Source: Camelus dromedarius (Eukaryota). From it: a stretch of 64,000 nucleotides of DNA. Shown one piece after another: positions 27,122-41,545 of this stretch; the stretch's first letter is position 1; every line of letters starts with the position of its first letter. The translations under genes and the position numbers were made by a program. Location of the stretch: NCBI RefSeq assembly GCF_036321535.1, contig NC_087437.1:75332001-75396000 (forward strand), written 5' to 3'. A model generated the notes under the pieces. The model was not told the DNA's origin and did no database searches. It was given only the letters and a program-made list of their open reading frames with translations.

Positions 27122-27774
27122 GTAAGGATTACTTTGAAGATATGGCCATATACTCTCTTCAGATCCCTGACCCCAGGCCTGCTCCCTTTTACTTGTGGTT
27201 AACCTCACGTCTTGGTTTTTGGAAAATGTTGAAATTAATCAGCAATCTCCCTTAATTGCTGTTCCTCAAAATGATTCTGTCAACCACTATTCTAATATAG
27301 AATCCTCGTATCTCAGACTAAGAAGCATTACTTAATTAATTATTGACAATGCCAGTAAATTTGCTACCTGGGTGATAGAGGCTTGACTAAGACACAGTCT
27401 GCCTTCAGCATATAGACTACTGAAAGAAGCAGAGAAAAGAGCAGACAGATTACCATAAGATGTATTGGGTGACATAATGGAGGTGGGAACAAAGATCTTT
27501 AGAATTCCAAAGGTGGGGTTTCCACTGCGTTGAAAACACTGTGGCTTCATTTCTCTTTGTTTTTTAATTCACATTCTAAAAATCTATAGTCATGCCTGCT
27601 TACCAAAAATATTTACAATGAATGATCTGTCTAGAATGATCATCAAAATAGAAAATCACAATTATGAAAAGAAGGAATCACAGTTGTTATAATTATTTCA
27701 TTTAACATTAAAATTCCTGGCAACTGAAACAAAAAGGAAGAAAGGACATTCATTCAAATCTTTCAATAATTTTT

Positions 27775-28650
27775 TTTAACTTTATATTTTCAATTGTGGT
27801 AAATATACACCATATAGAGTTTTAACCATTTTTAAGCATACATTTCAGTGGCATTAGATACTTCCACATTGTTCTGCAACTGTCACCGCTGTTCATCTCC
27901 AGAACTTTTTCATCATCCAAAACTGAAACTCCGTACCTAAGAACAATGAGCCCCTATTACCCCCTTCCCCTAATCCCTGGAAATCATTATTCTACTTTCT
28001 GTCTCTGTGAATTTGACCACTCCAGGTATCCCATACAAGTGGAATCATACAGTATTTGTCCTCTTGTGCCTGGTTTATTTCACTTAGTATAATGTTTTTA
28101 AGACATGTTGTAGTATGTGTCAGAATTTAATTCCTCTTTAAGGCTGAATGTTACTCCACTGTATGTATATTCTACTTTCCGTTTATCCATTTATAGACGC
28201 TTGAGTTGCTTTCACTTTTCACTATTGTGAGTGATGCTTCTGTGAACACTAGTGTTCAAATATCTGTTCAAGTCTGTGCTTTCAGTTCTTTTGTGTACAT
28301 ACCTGGAAGTGGAATTGCTGAATTAAGCAGATATTCTATGTTTAATTTTTGAGGAACCACCATACTGTTTTCTGTGGTGACTGCACCATTTTACATTCCC
28401 ACCAGCAATGCACAAGGGTTCTAATTATTCTATATCTTTGTCAGCATTTATTGCTTTTTGGGGTTTTTCTGGTAAAAGCCCTTCTAATAGGTATAAGGTG
28501 ATATCTCATTGTGGTTTTGATTTGCATTTCCCTAATGATTAGTGGTGTTGAGTATCCTTCATGTGCTTATTGACTATTTGTGTATCTTCTTTGGTGAAAT
28601 ATCTGTTCACATGCTTTGCCCATTTTTGAATTGGATTGGTTGGTTTTTAT
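27775..28650 (-). mobile_element. Old L1 (L1MA/L1MB-like) 3' region
   Basis: Typical antisense motifs aagtggaatcatacagtatttgtcc, ctgcaccattttacattcccaccagcaatg and ttgatttgcatttccctaatgattagt. Confidence 0.8.
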
Positions 28651-29035
28651 TGTTTAACAAATAATTTCTGAGACCAATCTGTGCTGGAGACTGTTCTTGG
28701 TGCTAGAGATATACCTGTGAACAAGATACCATCCCTGTCTTGACCGTCAAGTGTGGAGACAGACAATATATACATAAGCAGACAAATATGCATGTAGTCA
28801 TAATGAAAAAATAGGAATCATAGGAGTGAGGGGGTTATTGTTGATAGGGTGGTCCGAAAGTCCCCTTAGAGAAGAAGACACTTGAGCTCAGACAAGAATA
28901 AAGTGAGAGAGTGTGCTTTGAAGATAGTGTAAACATCTTGTATATTAACATTAATATACGCTTTCATGGCATCTTGTTGCTTTATTTTTGTCATTGTTTT
29001 TTCTTTTTCTTTTCCCACCTTTTGAAGCATGATTT

Positions 29036-29545
29036 TGTCGATAAAAATAATCAGTAAACAATCTATAATAGGAATAGAAAAGAGTTTTATTTGAGCCAAA
29101 CTGAGGACTATAACTTGGAAGACAGCCTTTTGGGTAACTCTGAAGAAATTGCTCTGGAGAAGCATGGTTTCGGCATAGTTTTATGTCTTGTCAGAACAAA
29201 GGACATCAAATGAGTCGGGCAGATTCCTTCAAGGTTTCAAACAAAAACAGACAGGCATGTACATAGACAATCAGTATGAATGTGGCACCTAGGAAAGGAG
29301 TCTTATCATCAAAGGAGTACCAGCATTAGCGTCCAGGGAAGGGAGGCATTTAATCTTTATTTTTAACATGGGCATTCTTTACTTCTGTTCAATGCACCCT
29401 TTTCTTTAATAATTAAAGCAGATGTACAATGTATGTTTGATAGGCCACAAACAGGCTGTTTTAGTTTAGCACAAAATTCAGTTTAACTCAGGTACAAGCC
29501 AGAACGACCTCCCCATAGTGCAATATGGGAAAATATCTTATATCA
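29036..29545 (-). mobile_element. Solo LTR, ERV1-like
   Basis: TG...CA termini; flanks attt/gttt (4-bp TSD, one mismatch); ttttatt (antisense AATAAA) near the left end. Confidence 0.7.
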
Positions 29546-30254
29546 GTTTTTTGAATGATTTTTATTATGAAAGCAAGGCATACTTATTAATCAGAAAATA
29601 CAGATAAGTAAATGAAACGAGTTATCTCATCCCATCTGCCTGGTGGTTCCTCCTTGAGTTCTTAGCTGCAGCACCCTCGCCTTCCCTTCTTCTAACTGCT
29701 TTAGGGCTGCAGGCTCAGCCCTTGGAACTTTTCTCTGCTCCTGTCTTCGCTGATCATCTCAAACTCAGCCTATATGGAACCAAACTCTTCATCTTTCTCT
29801 GCCCCTGCTGCTAACTCTTCATTTCTCAGTCTTCTTAATAAATGTCAGCTAGATTCTCCCAGGTGCCCTGACTCACATCTACAAGTCATCCTGAACTTTT
29901 TCTTTTTGTCTCTACTTTCTTCTTCTTGTCCCTACCTTTAAATATATATAAAACTCACAGCTACCACAATGACCATGTTCACTGCTACCACCCAGCCTGA
30001 GCCATCATTTCTTACAGGATGACGGCAGCAGCCCCCTTACTAGTCTCCCTGTCTCCACCCTTGTCCCATTACCATAGTTCTACATATGACAGCCAGCAGT
30101 GACCCTTTCAGAGTGTCAGCCAGTCCTTGCCCCTTCCTCTGTCCTAGGCTCACCAATGGCTCCCATCTTACTCAAAATAAGCCCCAAATTGTCATCACAG
30201 TCTCCTTGTCTTCCCTGATGTCTCTCTAAATCTCTCTCTAATCCCATCTCCTAC

Positions 30255-31068
30255 TGTGATATTGTGATTTATAATAAGAAATTTATATTTGGTATTTGTC
30301 CCAGTTTCTGGCACAGAGCTCTTAAAAGCTTTGGAATGTCCTAAGAGATGAGAGCAATAAAGGTGCCTTTTATATTAATATGGTGACTTTTGGATTGTAG
30401 CTAAGGATGGGACTGGTCATCACAAGAACTAACGATGTGATTAGAGAGTTGGAGCTTTCAGTCCCACCCTCAACAGGACAGAGGAGAGAGGCTGGAGATT
30501 GAGTTCAATCACTGGTGGCCAATGATTTAATCAAACATGCCTATGTAATGAAACCTCATAAAAACCCAAAGGGACAGAGAGAGCTCCCAGGTGGGTGAAC
30601 ACATGGAGATCTGGGGAGACTGGCATCCTTGGAGAGGGCATGGAAGCTCTGCTCCCCTTCTCCATACCTTGTTCAATGCACCTCTTCCATCTGGCTGCTC
30701 CTGAGTGATAGCCTTTATAATAAACTGTTGATCCAGTAAGTAAAATGTTTCTCTGAGTTCTGTGAGCTTCTAGCAAATTGATTGAACCCAAGGAGGGGGT
30801 CGTTGGGATCTTTGACCTATATAGCTGGTTGTTCAGGAGCCCAAGTGACAACTTGGACTTTCAATTAGCACCTGAAGTTGGGGGAGCAGTCTTGTGGGAC
30901 TGAACTCTTAACCTGCGGAATCTGACGCCATCTCCAGGTAGTTAGTGTAAGAATTCAGTTGAATTGTAGAGTGTTCAGCTGGTGTCACAGGATTGCCTGG
31001 GGTGTGCTTCTCCTCACTCCCCTCCTCCGCAGCCACCACTGCTGTTGAAATCAGGTGCAGAGCCCCCA
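30255..31068 (+). mobile_element. Solo LTR, MER21-like (ERVL class), nested in an L2
   Basis: Starts tgtgatattgtgatttataataagaaat like the recalled MER21 consensus; ends CA; perfect 5-bp TSD cctac (30250-30254 and 31069-31073). Confidence 0.8.
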
Positions 31069-33072
31069 CCTACCATTTCCCCCTTCTCCCACTCTGCTCC
31101 CTCAGCCCACTGGTCTCTTGGTTTTTGGGGGGCATGTGAGCACTCCTGTTGCAGAACTTTTTCACTAACTCTTCCTTCTATCGGCAGCTCTTTTCCTAGG
31201 GATCCTCATGGCTTACTCCCTCACTTCATTAAGATGTCTTCTTGGATGTTGCTTTACCCCCAAACCCTTCCTTAATTGCCCCCAATACTTCCCTGTCATT
31301 TTGTCCTTACTCTGCATATTTTTCTTTGTGTCATTCATTTATTTATTTTTGTCTGTCCTACCCCCCCCCCCCCCAATTTCCATCAGATATAAACTCCATA
31401 AGAACAAGAACCTAGTTCGGTGTGCATTTCTGTATTTCTAGATTTTAATACAATGCCTAACGTTGTATAATAGTAGCATTTACTATAGTAGCAAATAATT
31501 ATTTGTTGAATGGATCCTGCTTATTCAAAACAATCAAGAACTGTTAATGCCATAGGATATATTTGTTGTGTCTTTTTGTAGTTGAGTGACTTTCTCACTT
31601 TGGTCACCAATGTTAGAAGTTAATTATTTTTCTCTTGCCAATTAGCCAGGTTTTGTTTTATACTTAAGTATTAATAAAGTTAACTTTTTGGTAGGTTATT
31701 ACCTATTTGTATTGTTTCTTTTTTGAATTTTTGTTTCTATCAGCTGATTTTAAAAATTGAGGCACTGGATTTTTCTTATTGATTTCTAAGGGCTCTTAAT
31801 ATATTAAACTTTGGGAATTTTCTCACAGTTGGTCATTTGGGAAGGGATTGGACAGATGAAGGAGCAGGACAGATGGAGAAGTGGGTGGAAAGGGGATGGG
31901 CCTCAAACTTAAGGGGGCATCCTTGCATTTACCTCTTTCTTAAATTCCAGCCCCACATATCTGACTTGCTACTGCATGTTCTCTGGTGTCCTAAATTCTG
32001 CATGGCTGAAACTCAGCACATCATCTTCTCCCCCTGTGAATATGAACATTCTATTCATATTCACGATACTGCTCTTCTCTCTGCTCCTCAGGCTGGAAAC
32101 CTCTTAGTCATGTTTCTCCGTCTCTCTTTTTCCCTTTCCTATCACTAGTTTCGACTTTCAGTGCCTTGTACTCTGGCATCCCACTGTGGGTTCACTTTCT
32201 CTGTAATCTTCTCACTCTGGTCTGTTTTGCAAACTTCCACAAAATTAACTGTCCTGAAGCCAGACTCTAGTTAAGTCATTTCTCTGCTAAAAGCCCCTTT
32301 AATGTTTTTCCATTATTTAACTAATACCTAACAGTGGCATCAGATGTCTCCTGCAAACATAAATCACCCCCTCTTCTATTTCTCTCACTCCCTGTCTTCA
32401 TGGTCCGATCCGAATCTTTGAGCATCGCTGCAGAGACTCGCTCACCTCTGGGCCTTTAAGTCATGCTGTTCTCTGTTTCAGAAATGCATGTTCTCCCCTA
32501 TTTATCTATCAAAGCCCTTCTCATCCTTCAAGGCCCAGATCAAATGCTATTTTTTTCTTGAAATCTTCCCTGGTCATGCAATCCAGAAGGGATCTCTCTC
32601 TCTTTCAAACTTTCATGATACTCCATTTGTCACTTCTAGGCAGTTGTCTCATTGGCTTGCCTTTTTTCCCCCATGTTTTAGATACTTTCACGGATTATAA
32701 ACTTGATGTCAAGGATTTTTGTCTTGTTTATCTATCTTCTTACTACAGCATCTAGTACCAGGCTTTGCACATAGCAAGTGCTCAGAAAATCTGTTCAATA
32801 GATTAAGGAAACATGAACAGCTCAGAAACCATATTATAACCCTCCATCAAAGACTATTTGAAGGTCATTTTTAAAACTCCTTTTTCACATTAGCCAGACT
32901 GTGATTTGACAAAACTATCTCTTCCCTTCTTTATATCTTGTCATTTACAGTTGGGGCACTAGACTGGACTTTGTTTTTCTCTATCTCCCACCTGTTTTGA
33001 GGTGAAGTCAAACTTGATTCTTTCCATCTTCTTCTAAATGAACTTAACAAACCTGGAGACCACTCTCTAGAG

Positions 33073-33400
33073 AGTAGTTCTCAAACTTGCTGCACATCCA
33101 AATCACTTGGGGAGTTTCAGATTTCTGAGGCTCAGGCCTCACCCAGACCAAAGGTAACCAACCTCTGACAGTGGATGCAGACATCAGTGTTTGTTTTTAC
33201 AACTTGCCAGGTGACCCCAGTGTGCAGCCAAGGCCCCTCTATGAAGGACTGTTCTCAGACCTTCATGTGTATCCGAATCACCTGGTGAACATGCTAGAAA
33301 TAGGCCCAGACCTTAATATGCTGCAGTGAGCTAGCCCTTTCTTCCTTTATAAGCTCTCCAGGCTGTTCTGATCCACACTAACCTGTGAGAACCCCTCTAG
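33073..33400. mobile_element. Two tandem MER5-like hAT-Charlie elements
   Basis: agtagttctcaaactt.ctgcacatc.aaatcacttgggga and gttctcagacctt...gaatcacctgg...tgagaacc motifs. Confidence 0.65.
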
Positions 33401-35209
33401 CTAAACCTCTCTCAGGTAAGATTATACAACCAAGCAAAAGTCCATGGACGCCCTAGGGAATGATGTTTATTGGTGGGAATGTAATAAAGCCTCTTTGGGA
33501 ACACATCAGGTCATGTGATGAAAATATGTTTATAGATAATGCTGTATTCACGATAGCATTTCCTGAATGTCGGAAGGACGTTTGTTTATAGTTTTAAACT
33601 ATTTTGGTCTTGGCTGTTGGCTTTTAGTGCAAATGAAGTAATTTTTTTTTGGAACATTATGACTACTAGTGTTTTCTGTAAAAAAATTTTTAAAAAAAGG
33701 AAAACATGTTATATATGTTGTACACCTGCGGGGTAAAATCCAAGGCACACTCTTCCTTTGTCTGCAGACCCTTGACTATCTCAGGAGTGAGTGAGAAATA
33801 ATTTTGCAATGTTGGATGCTATTTCTGTTAGAGCTTAAGGTGGGATACTGTACAGAGAATTTGGGTTTCCTTTGTTCATGGATAAAAATAGACTCAAAGG
33901 ACTGTCATCAACACTGGAACAAGGTTGTATGAAATTGAGACTATTATTACCTGCATTGTCCAGCTGAATGCTTCCAAAGCATAGAAAACTGAACTCTCAT
34001 CTTTTTTCCCTAGACAGATACTGTGGAATTGTTTCTTTTCACATTATTGGTTACTGTCCATCTTCACTCAGGTTCATCAGGCATGTTACATTTCTCCCTT
34101 TCTTTGGAATATTTTCATTTGGGGTTAGATGCTCTTTAAAGTCTCTTCTAGTTCAAAAAGTCTGTGATCCTGACCCACTTGGCTTCTCAACTTGAAATAA
34201 TCAGGATTTTGTCTCCTAACATGGCATTCTTAGCGGGGATAACTCAGCATAAGACAGGCATGTCTGCTCCACTTTTGATTTTTCCATTTATGTTCCTAAA
34301 CAGGCTTTGCATTTTGAAAGGTTTCATAGCAACTGAGTACCTCGGCATTACCGCTGACATGGAGTAGGTGCACCGCTTGTAGGAGCGTGTGTACAATACA
34401 TATTGATTTTAGTTAACAAGTTAATCAAGCATTTCAAGCTTTTTAAGCCTTTATAAAAATTTTAAAGGCCACAAAAAGGAAATGGATATTATTAATATAA
34501 ATGACATATAGCTCTCTAATTGTGTATTGTTTTTACTTTATTCTTGATTTGTGGTTATTGCTCAGGAAATTTTTTACTTCTTAGTGAACTAAGGAAAGAC
34601 TGCATTTCCTTCTCTTCTGAGACATTGTTTTACAGAGTGACTACATCAGATATACTAGCATATCTCTGGATTCATTTAAAATGGAAGACAACAGAGAGGT
34701 TTTAGTTGAGCAAAATATTCCTTTTGTCTGATAACTGAAAAAATCTGCGATTTGAAATGTGCTTATAACTTTTTGCCTGTGGCATTCTTTTGTGTCATTG
34801 TCATTTTTTAACACCTGATGTGATACGTGCCTATTTACCTTTCCTTCTGATAACACTCGCTATTCTTCCTTTCTTTCCTTAGAAAATAGAAGTACTGTGT
34901 TATGAATGTACAGTTGTGTGGGTTGTAAGTACTCTTGTTAGGAAGCAAAGAGCACTGTGGAGCAGAGACTGCAGAGGAAAAGGGAAGGTTTTTGACAGAT
35001 ACTGGACAAGTGTTCTGGCTTCTGTTAATTGGTGGTTGTCTTGAATTATCGAATTACACGGTCAAGTTCCTGTTTCATTTTTCATTGAAAGGATCTACAC
35101 ATATATATGTAGAAGAGGGAAATAGGCAACTAATAAAAAATGAGATTTTTCATGTCCTTCAGATAAACAGTTCTTTTCAGAAGAGGGCCAATATCAAGAA
35201 ATAGATTAT

Positions 35210-35970
35210 TTTTAAAAATTGAGCTATAATTTACATATTGTAAAATTTACCCTTTTAAAATATACAGTTCAGTGAGTTTGAGCATATTCATAAGGTTGTG
35301 TGACCATCGCCACTATCAAATTCCAGAAATTTCATTTCTCTAAAAAGAAATCCTGTACCCAATAGTAGTTACTCCCCATTCCCTTCTCTCCTAGCCCCCG
35401 GCATCTACAAATCTACTTTCTGTCTCTGTGGATTTGCCCCTTCTGGACAGTTCATACAAATAACATCATACAATATATGGCCTTTGTGTCTGGCTTCTTT
35501 TACTTACTCGAATGTTCTCAAACCTTGTCCGTGTTGCAGCCTGCATCAATACTGCATTCCTTTTTATGGCTAAAAAATCTTCCATTGTATTAATATACCA
35601 CATTGTGTTTATCCATTCATCAGTTGATGGACATTTGTGTGTTTTTTATTTCTTGACCATTATAAATTATGCCACCAGGAACATTTGTGGACAATTTTTT
35701 TGTGTGTGTGGGAACATATGTTTTTATTTCACTTGGGTATATACCTAGGAGTGGAATTTCTGGATCCTAGAGTAACGCTGTTTAACTTTGGAGTAGCTGC
35801 CAAATTATTATGGTTTTCCATAGTGACTGTACCATTTACAGTCTAGCAGTGTCTGAAGGTTCCAATTTCTCCACATCTTCACCAACACCCATTATTGTCT
35901 GTCATTCAGATTATAGCCATTTTCATGGGTGCGAAGTAGCATTTCATTGTGGTTTTGATTTGGATTTCCA
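35210..35970 (-). mobile_element. Old L1 (L1MB-like) 3' region
   Basis: tttatccattcatcagttgatggacattt, tatatacctaggagtggaat and ttccaatttctccacatc motifs. Confidence 0.8.
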
Positions 35971-36188
35971 AGAAATAGCTTTTAAACATTTAGGATTCAT
36001 GCATTTATTTCAAAACTACAACCTACTTTGCTACAACTAAACACGCCATCCTTTCATCTTCTGCGTAGTCTATTTGGCTATGGTGGAATGAATTTTAGAA
36101 GTGTTTTCCTTCCTCTGTTCCCCTCTCCTCCTTTTCTTCTCTTTTTCTCTCTCCCTCCTTCCTTCCCTTCTTCTTTTCTTCTGACCAG

Positions 36189-36307
36189 ATGCTGACAAAG
36201 CTGCTTTCCTCATGGGCATTAACTCCTCTGAGTTGGTGAAGGGCTTGATCCATCCGAGAATCAGAGTTGGTAATGAATATGTTACTAGAAGTCAAAATGT
36301 AGAACAG
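36189..36307 (+). CDS. MYH15: MYH15 coding exon 12 ([40 protein letters not shown])
   Basis: Long pyrimidine tract ending ctgaccag; donor CAG|gtaaga; HPR.RVGNEYV cardiomyopathy-loop motif. Confidence 0.95.
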
Positions 36308-39300
36308 GTAAGATATCTCCAGAGCATTACGATTCTATAATCTTGTAATAATTGTACACATAGTGTATTTTTTTATTTTTGAACTTCTGATGATGTCTGC
36401 AATCAGAGCTTCGATGAAAAAGTGCTGAAGAGTTACTGTGATGACTATTCAGAATGTTTTCATCAGTGACACACACTACAGTAAATGTTCTTGTGTTAAG
36501 AGTCTTTCCAGTGTGAAATATACCATTTTGATAGTTTTCCCTTAGGTAACAAGTTTCATAGCAGATTCAGGCAAGTCCTTTACTTGTAGTAATTAACCTC
36601 TTTGTTGTTTAGGTAAGAATCTTCTAAAGCTATTGGTTCCTGACATGAAGAAAATTGGTCAATTGACATCTATTATCTATTTGGAATATTGACTTTTTTA
36701 GGCTATCCGACACATTCCTTAAGAAGAGTTTTCAGAACATATGCTGATGTTAACATTTGAATGGAGGGGGAAAATGAGAACAGAAATGAGAGATGGAAGG
36801 TCATATAGGTTTTGTTCAGTAGCCAGGAGAATGTTTTAATGATAGAATAATGAGTGCTCTGAGGATTGCTAATCCTGAGGCTTTGCAGTAAATATTCCCA
36901 GGGTTGCCAGGTAATGAGACCACTTAAGTATGCTAGTGCATTTCAAAATAATAATTTATATCTGTAGTATGTTAGTCAGTATGAGATAGGCCATGCTTCA
37001 GTGACACATACACACTAAAATCTCAGTGACAATAAAATAGGGATTTATTTGTTACTCATTCCAAGTCCAATACAGATGGGACTGCCTTCTTTAATTTTGC
37101 ACTTAGGCCATCTGGAACACATGGTCTCCAATGTTGCTGTGCAGGGAAAAATATAATTTGTGCAGAATGTACACCCACCTTAACTGCTTGGGGCTAGAAG
37201 TGATACTACTCTTGCTAATATTCTATTGGTGAGAATTAGTCATATTATCTTCCTCGCTATAGGGGGGTTGAGAAATGTATTCTTTCTGGAGAAAGGAAGT
37301 GTTTGATCACATATATATATGTAAAGTATTCACAGGTATTATCTCCTTCTGTTCTTATAAGGCTAATAGGGCAAGTATACTTAACTTAGGCTTTTTCCAG
37401 GTGAGAAAACTGAGGATTGGGGAACATAAGTAACATTCCAAAGAACACAGAGCTAGTGTTCAGGTGACACTCACATTGTCTTACTCTGTATATACACCTT
37501 AAATCTGCAAAAGAGAGACAAATGTGTAAATTTGTGATAGAAGACAGTTATTTTGACTACAGTGAACTCTATTTTGGTATTTTAAGGCATCTGGTGTGAC
37601 GGTGTTGTTTAAAGCATCTCAACAACTAATCATAATGAATTTCCTAGCTGACCTTACTCTATAAATCAATAATTCAACCTCTACCATAATACCAATTATA
37701 CTGGAACAATTTGTTTACATGTTTATCCTCCAGGGTAACCTGAGCTTCTTGAGGTCATGGATTGTGTCTAATTCATCTCATACCCCAGCATCTAGTACAG
37801 TGCCCTGCAAGCAGAAGACTCTCCATACATGTTAAACTAAATATTGAGTGATGCTCAGCAGGACAAGTAGTTGGGCTATTTCTTGGTAGTGAGGTTAGAG
37901 GTGTTTGGCAGTTTCCTGCCTTTTAAGACATTCACCACCACATCCATGCATGATATGCTATGATTATAGAACAAAGACTTGCTCTGTGTAAAACTAATGA
38001 GCCCATAGGAGGACTGAAATCAAACCTTCGTCTCTTTAATATTGTGCTCTCAGGGACTGAGTTACCACACCAGCCTTTACTATAATGGAACCAGTGAAGC
38101 AAGCTAATACATTATTATTCAACAATAAAGGAAGAAACACCCTCGTCCTCCATCCTCTCCACCCTCTCCCCGCTCCCCACCAGCCCCTTGCTCGTGAGTT
38201 CTCTCTCTCTCTCTTTTCCTCTCTCTCCTGAAGATAGAGTAAGAAAGCACACTGTAAGGCCTTTCTTTTCTTAGGAATTTTACTGCCTTTACTGAGACAA
38301 TTGTCACTGCTAAGAATAGAAATGTATATACTCTGTTGATGACAAGCAAAAGATGACAAAAACTCTTGTGGTGTTAACACTCTGTACACAATTTCATTGT
38401 AGCTCCAATGCTAACTAACTCTGGGACCTTGGTCAAATGCTCCATCTCTCTGAGTACCCCAGTGAAAGAGGCTGAATTCTTCTGTATGTCTCAGTGGAGG
38501 GGTGATTGGCTTCTAAAAGGGATAATCCTTTGGATATGAAAGTGTCCCACACATTGTAGGAGGTTTTGCTTTCCTGCTCCCATGTGCTAAATGCCAGCAT
38601 TGATCTCAGTCACTACGATGATGGGAAAATGCCTACCCTTTTTCCAAATGCCCTCCTCCCTTGGGGGAGGTACCATCCGGAGTTGAAAGCCCCTAGACGT
38701 GATGATCAGGCACTAAGTTTCTTCAGGTCTAGTATTTTATGATTCCATGAGAGTTCTAGCCATGCCTATTAGAAGTAAGTTATTTTACTTTAAAAAGCTC
38801 AATAATGGTAAAAACAATAATTATAATCAGTAACCACTGAATTCTCACTAGGGATGCTGTGTCTGCTCTGTGCTTTGTATGGATATCTCGTTCAATCTGA
38901 CACAAGCCTGCAAAGTTGATCTTATTTATATTTCCATTTTATAGTTAAAGACAGTGAACCTTAGAAAGATTAACTACTCAAGGTAACACGGATAGTAAAT
39001 ACTGGAGCGAGGATGAGGAAGTGATAAAAGTGGACAGGGGATGGGAAGAGCAGAACTAACAGTTACTGGATTCTAAGTGCCAAATATTCTGCTGTGGATA
39101 TTTACATCCTCTGTCTCATTAAATCACTCCCAACGACCATGACACACACATATTTTAATATTGTTATTTCACATATGTAAAAGGCAGGGATCAAAGTGCT
39201 TAAAAATATGGTTATTTGACTCCATTTCTTTTTGGTTTTGTTTTTCCTGTTATATACTGTTGGCCCCCAGTAATCAGTCTTCTGTGAGGTTATTTTAAGA

Positions 39301-40811
39301 AGAGCTCAGACATGGGTCCATGTAGTCCCTGAAAAGTGGATGTGTCAAATGTTCTGCCTCATTCCTCCTTCACTGGACAGAAAATAATGAAAATGATTAA
39401 GTGGTGAGCAGTATATTGGATTATTGCTTTTATTAATTTAGCAGACATCATACCATCCATTTCTTCCTCTGCTACAGTTTCAGGCTTTCTTCCCGTTTCT
39501 TAGCTACTCCCCATCCCTGGCCAAAGGGGTCCTCTCCCACTGACACCTCTTGAGTATTTGGGGAATTAAAAAGGGGTGAGCAAGTTAGTCATGTTTTTTT
39601 AAACTTTCAAAGTGACTGCTGTGGACAGAGAGTGATTTCCTCGGTGCTCCGGAGGATAAAAATCATTCTTGGTGCTTTATTCACGCGGGTGTGCTCTTGA
39701 CTCCAATAATAAAAAACTGTGATGCCAGCCAGCTTATGGATTGCTGTGGAAATGACTCAAGATAACTGATCAAGGAGTAGGTGACTCATAACTAAATCAC
39801 CACCAGACACCGACTGGCTCCTGCTGCGTGTGCTCTCCTGGGCAGCTGAAGGATGGATGCGATAGGCCTATTTTAACTGTTAAGCCGTTGGAGCACATTC
39901 TGCTTCCAGGCTTGGAGACTGTCCAGCTGAAATTCACTCCTGCTTGGAGTCTTACGAAACCTGATATTATGTAGGCAGTGCCTTTGCATCATGGCGGCAG
40001 GATCTGCATTTGTACAGCTCTCCCCAGGAGGTTACAGAGAGAGCCTTTGCCACACACCTCCAGGGAGGGGAAATGCAGCCCGAGTTTTACAGTAGGAGAA
40101 TCTGAGTCAGAACGATGCACTAAATTGCCATTCTCCCTCCATGGAGTTGAGAGCTGCTCTGGGAACTAATGTTATCATGAGAGGGGAAGCTGAGGCTGGA
40201 AAAAACCTTCAAGCGCATAATTCAAGTGAAGAGACTGCAGCCCAGAGAGGTTAGGTCACTTGTCAAGGCTTATACAATTTATTAGAAACAGCAGCGGTAG
40301 GACAGACTAGGAACCCCAGGTTCCTAACCTACTCTCCCAGTATTTTTCAAACTTTATGGTGAGCAGGAATCACAGGGGTTTGTGTTAGGGACAAGATGCT
40401 GAATGATGGCATCTTTAACAGGCTCTCAGGAGATGCTGATGCTGCAGGTCTTAGGACCACACTTTGAACAGCAAGGCTTTAGAACATGTTGCCACCCTAC
40501 CGTAGGATGCTTGGTCCCTTAGTAATAGGAACATGAGTTCTCTCACAAGATCATTGGGTAGGGAGGTACCAGGCCAGCTCACCTCTCTTCCCCTACCTCT
40601 GTTCCCCTCTCCTCCTCTCTCCTTCTTTTCTCACTCTCCTCCCTTCCTGCTTCTTTTTTCTGTCTTTTCATTGTATTCAGCATTCAGCTAGAACCACAGA
40701 AAGGGATAAATATATCCTGGTTTTACTAGAAGGTGGTTGCTGATAGAGAACACCCAGGATCAAAATGAACACTGCTGTCAGATGAAGGAGTGCTTTCAAT
40801 GTGATTTCCAG

Positions 40812-40961
40812 GTGACCTATGCTGTTGGTGCCTTGTCTAAGTCAATCTATGAGAGGATGTTTAAGTGGCTGGTGGCACGTATCAACAGGGCCCTGGATGC
40901 CAAGCAGTCAAGGCAGTTCTTCATTGGCATTCTTGACATCACTGGCTTTGAGATGCTTGAT
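40812..40961 (+). CDS. MYH15: MYH15 coding exon 13 ([25 protein letters not shown]...[14 protein letters not shown], switch II)
   Basis: Acceptor atttccag; donor GAT|gtaagt. Confidence 0.95.
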
Positions 40962-41545
40962 GTAAGTATATCTAGTTACAAGGGGATAAGAATATGTGAA
41001 TTGAATGTCAGAAAATGTAGTCAAAGCATGAGATTCATTCTGTGCAAATCTTAAGATCTACTTTGGTTAGAAAAAAACCTATTATTAATACTAACAAATA
41101 ACAATGATTATTATAATTAATTGTATTAAGAAATTAATTCAGCCTTAAATAAAGGTAAATAGAGATCAAGACATCTTTTATGATTTTGAATTTTAATATC
41201 ATGATATTACTTTGCTGTCATAATCCTTCATTTGCAGGTTTATATGAAAAAGGTAAGAATTTAATTGAGTGGTTTTTACTTAGTGGGTCTATTTGCCAAT
41301 TTTTGACAGTGGCTATGGTTTTCTCTTTATGTTTTTCCAAGTGGATCTCAATTTTATTTTTCTACTGAGGTATATTCGATAATTTAAAAATGTGTATATT
41401 TAAATTGCACAGCTTGATGATTTGGTACACATATACATTGTGAAATACCACAATCAAGGTAATTAACATATCTGTCACCTCAAATAGTTACCATTTTCTC
41501 AATTTTATTTTTATCTCTTCTTCCTACCTAATCACAACTTTGAAG

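Noticed and set aside
40935..40952. Switch II reads DITGFE rather than canonical DIAGFE
   Set aside because: I recall human MYH15 has the same DITGFE, so this is a paralogue feature rather than a lineage-specific change. The same applies to the missing Pro in KNKD.LNE and to RCINPN.
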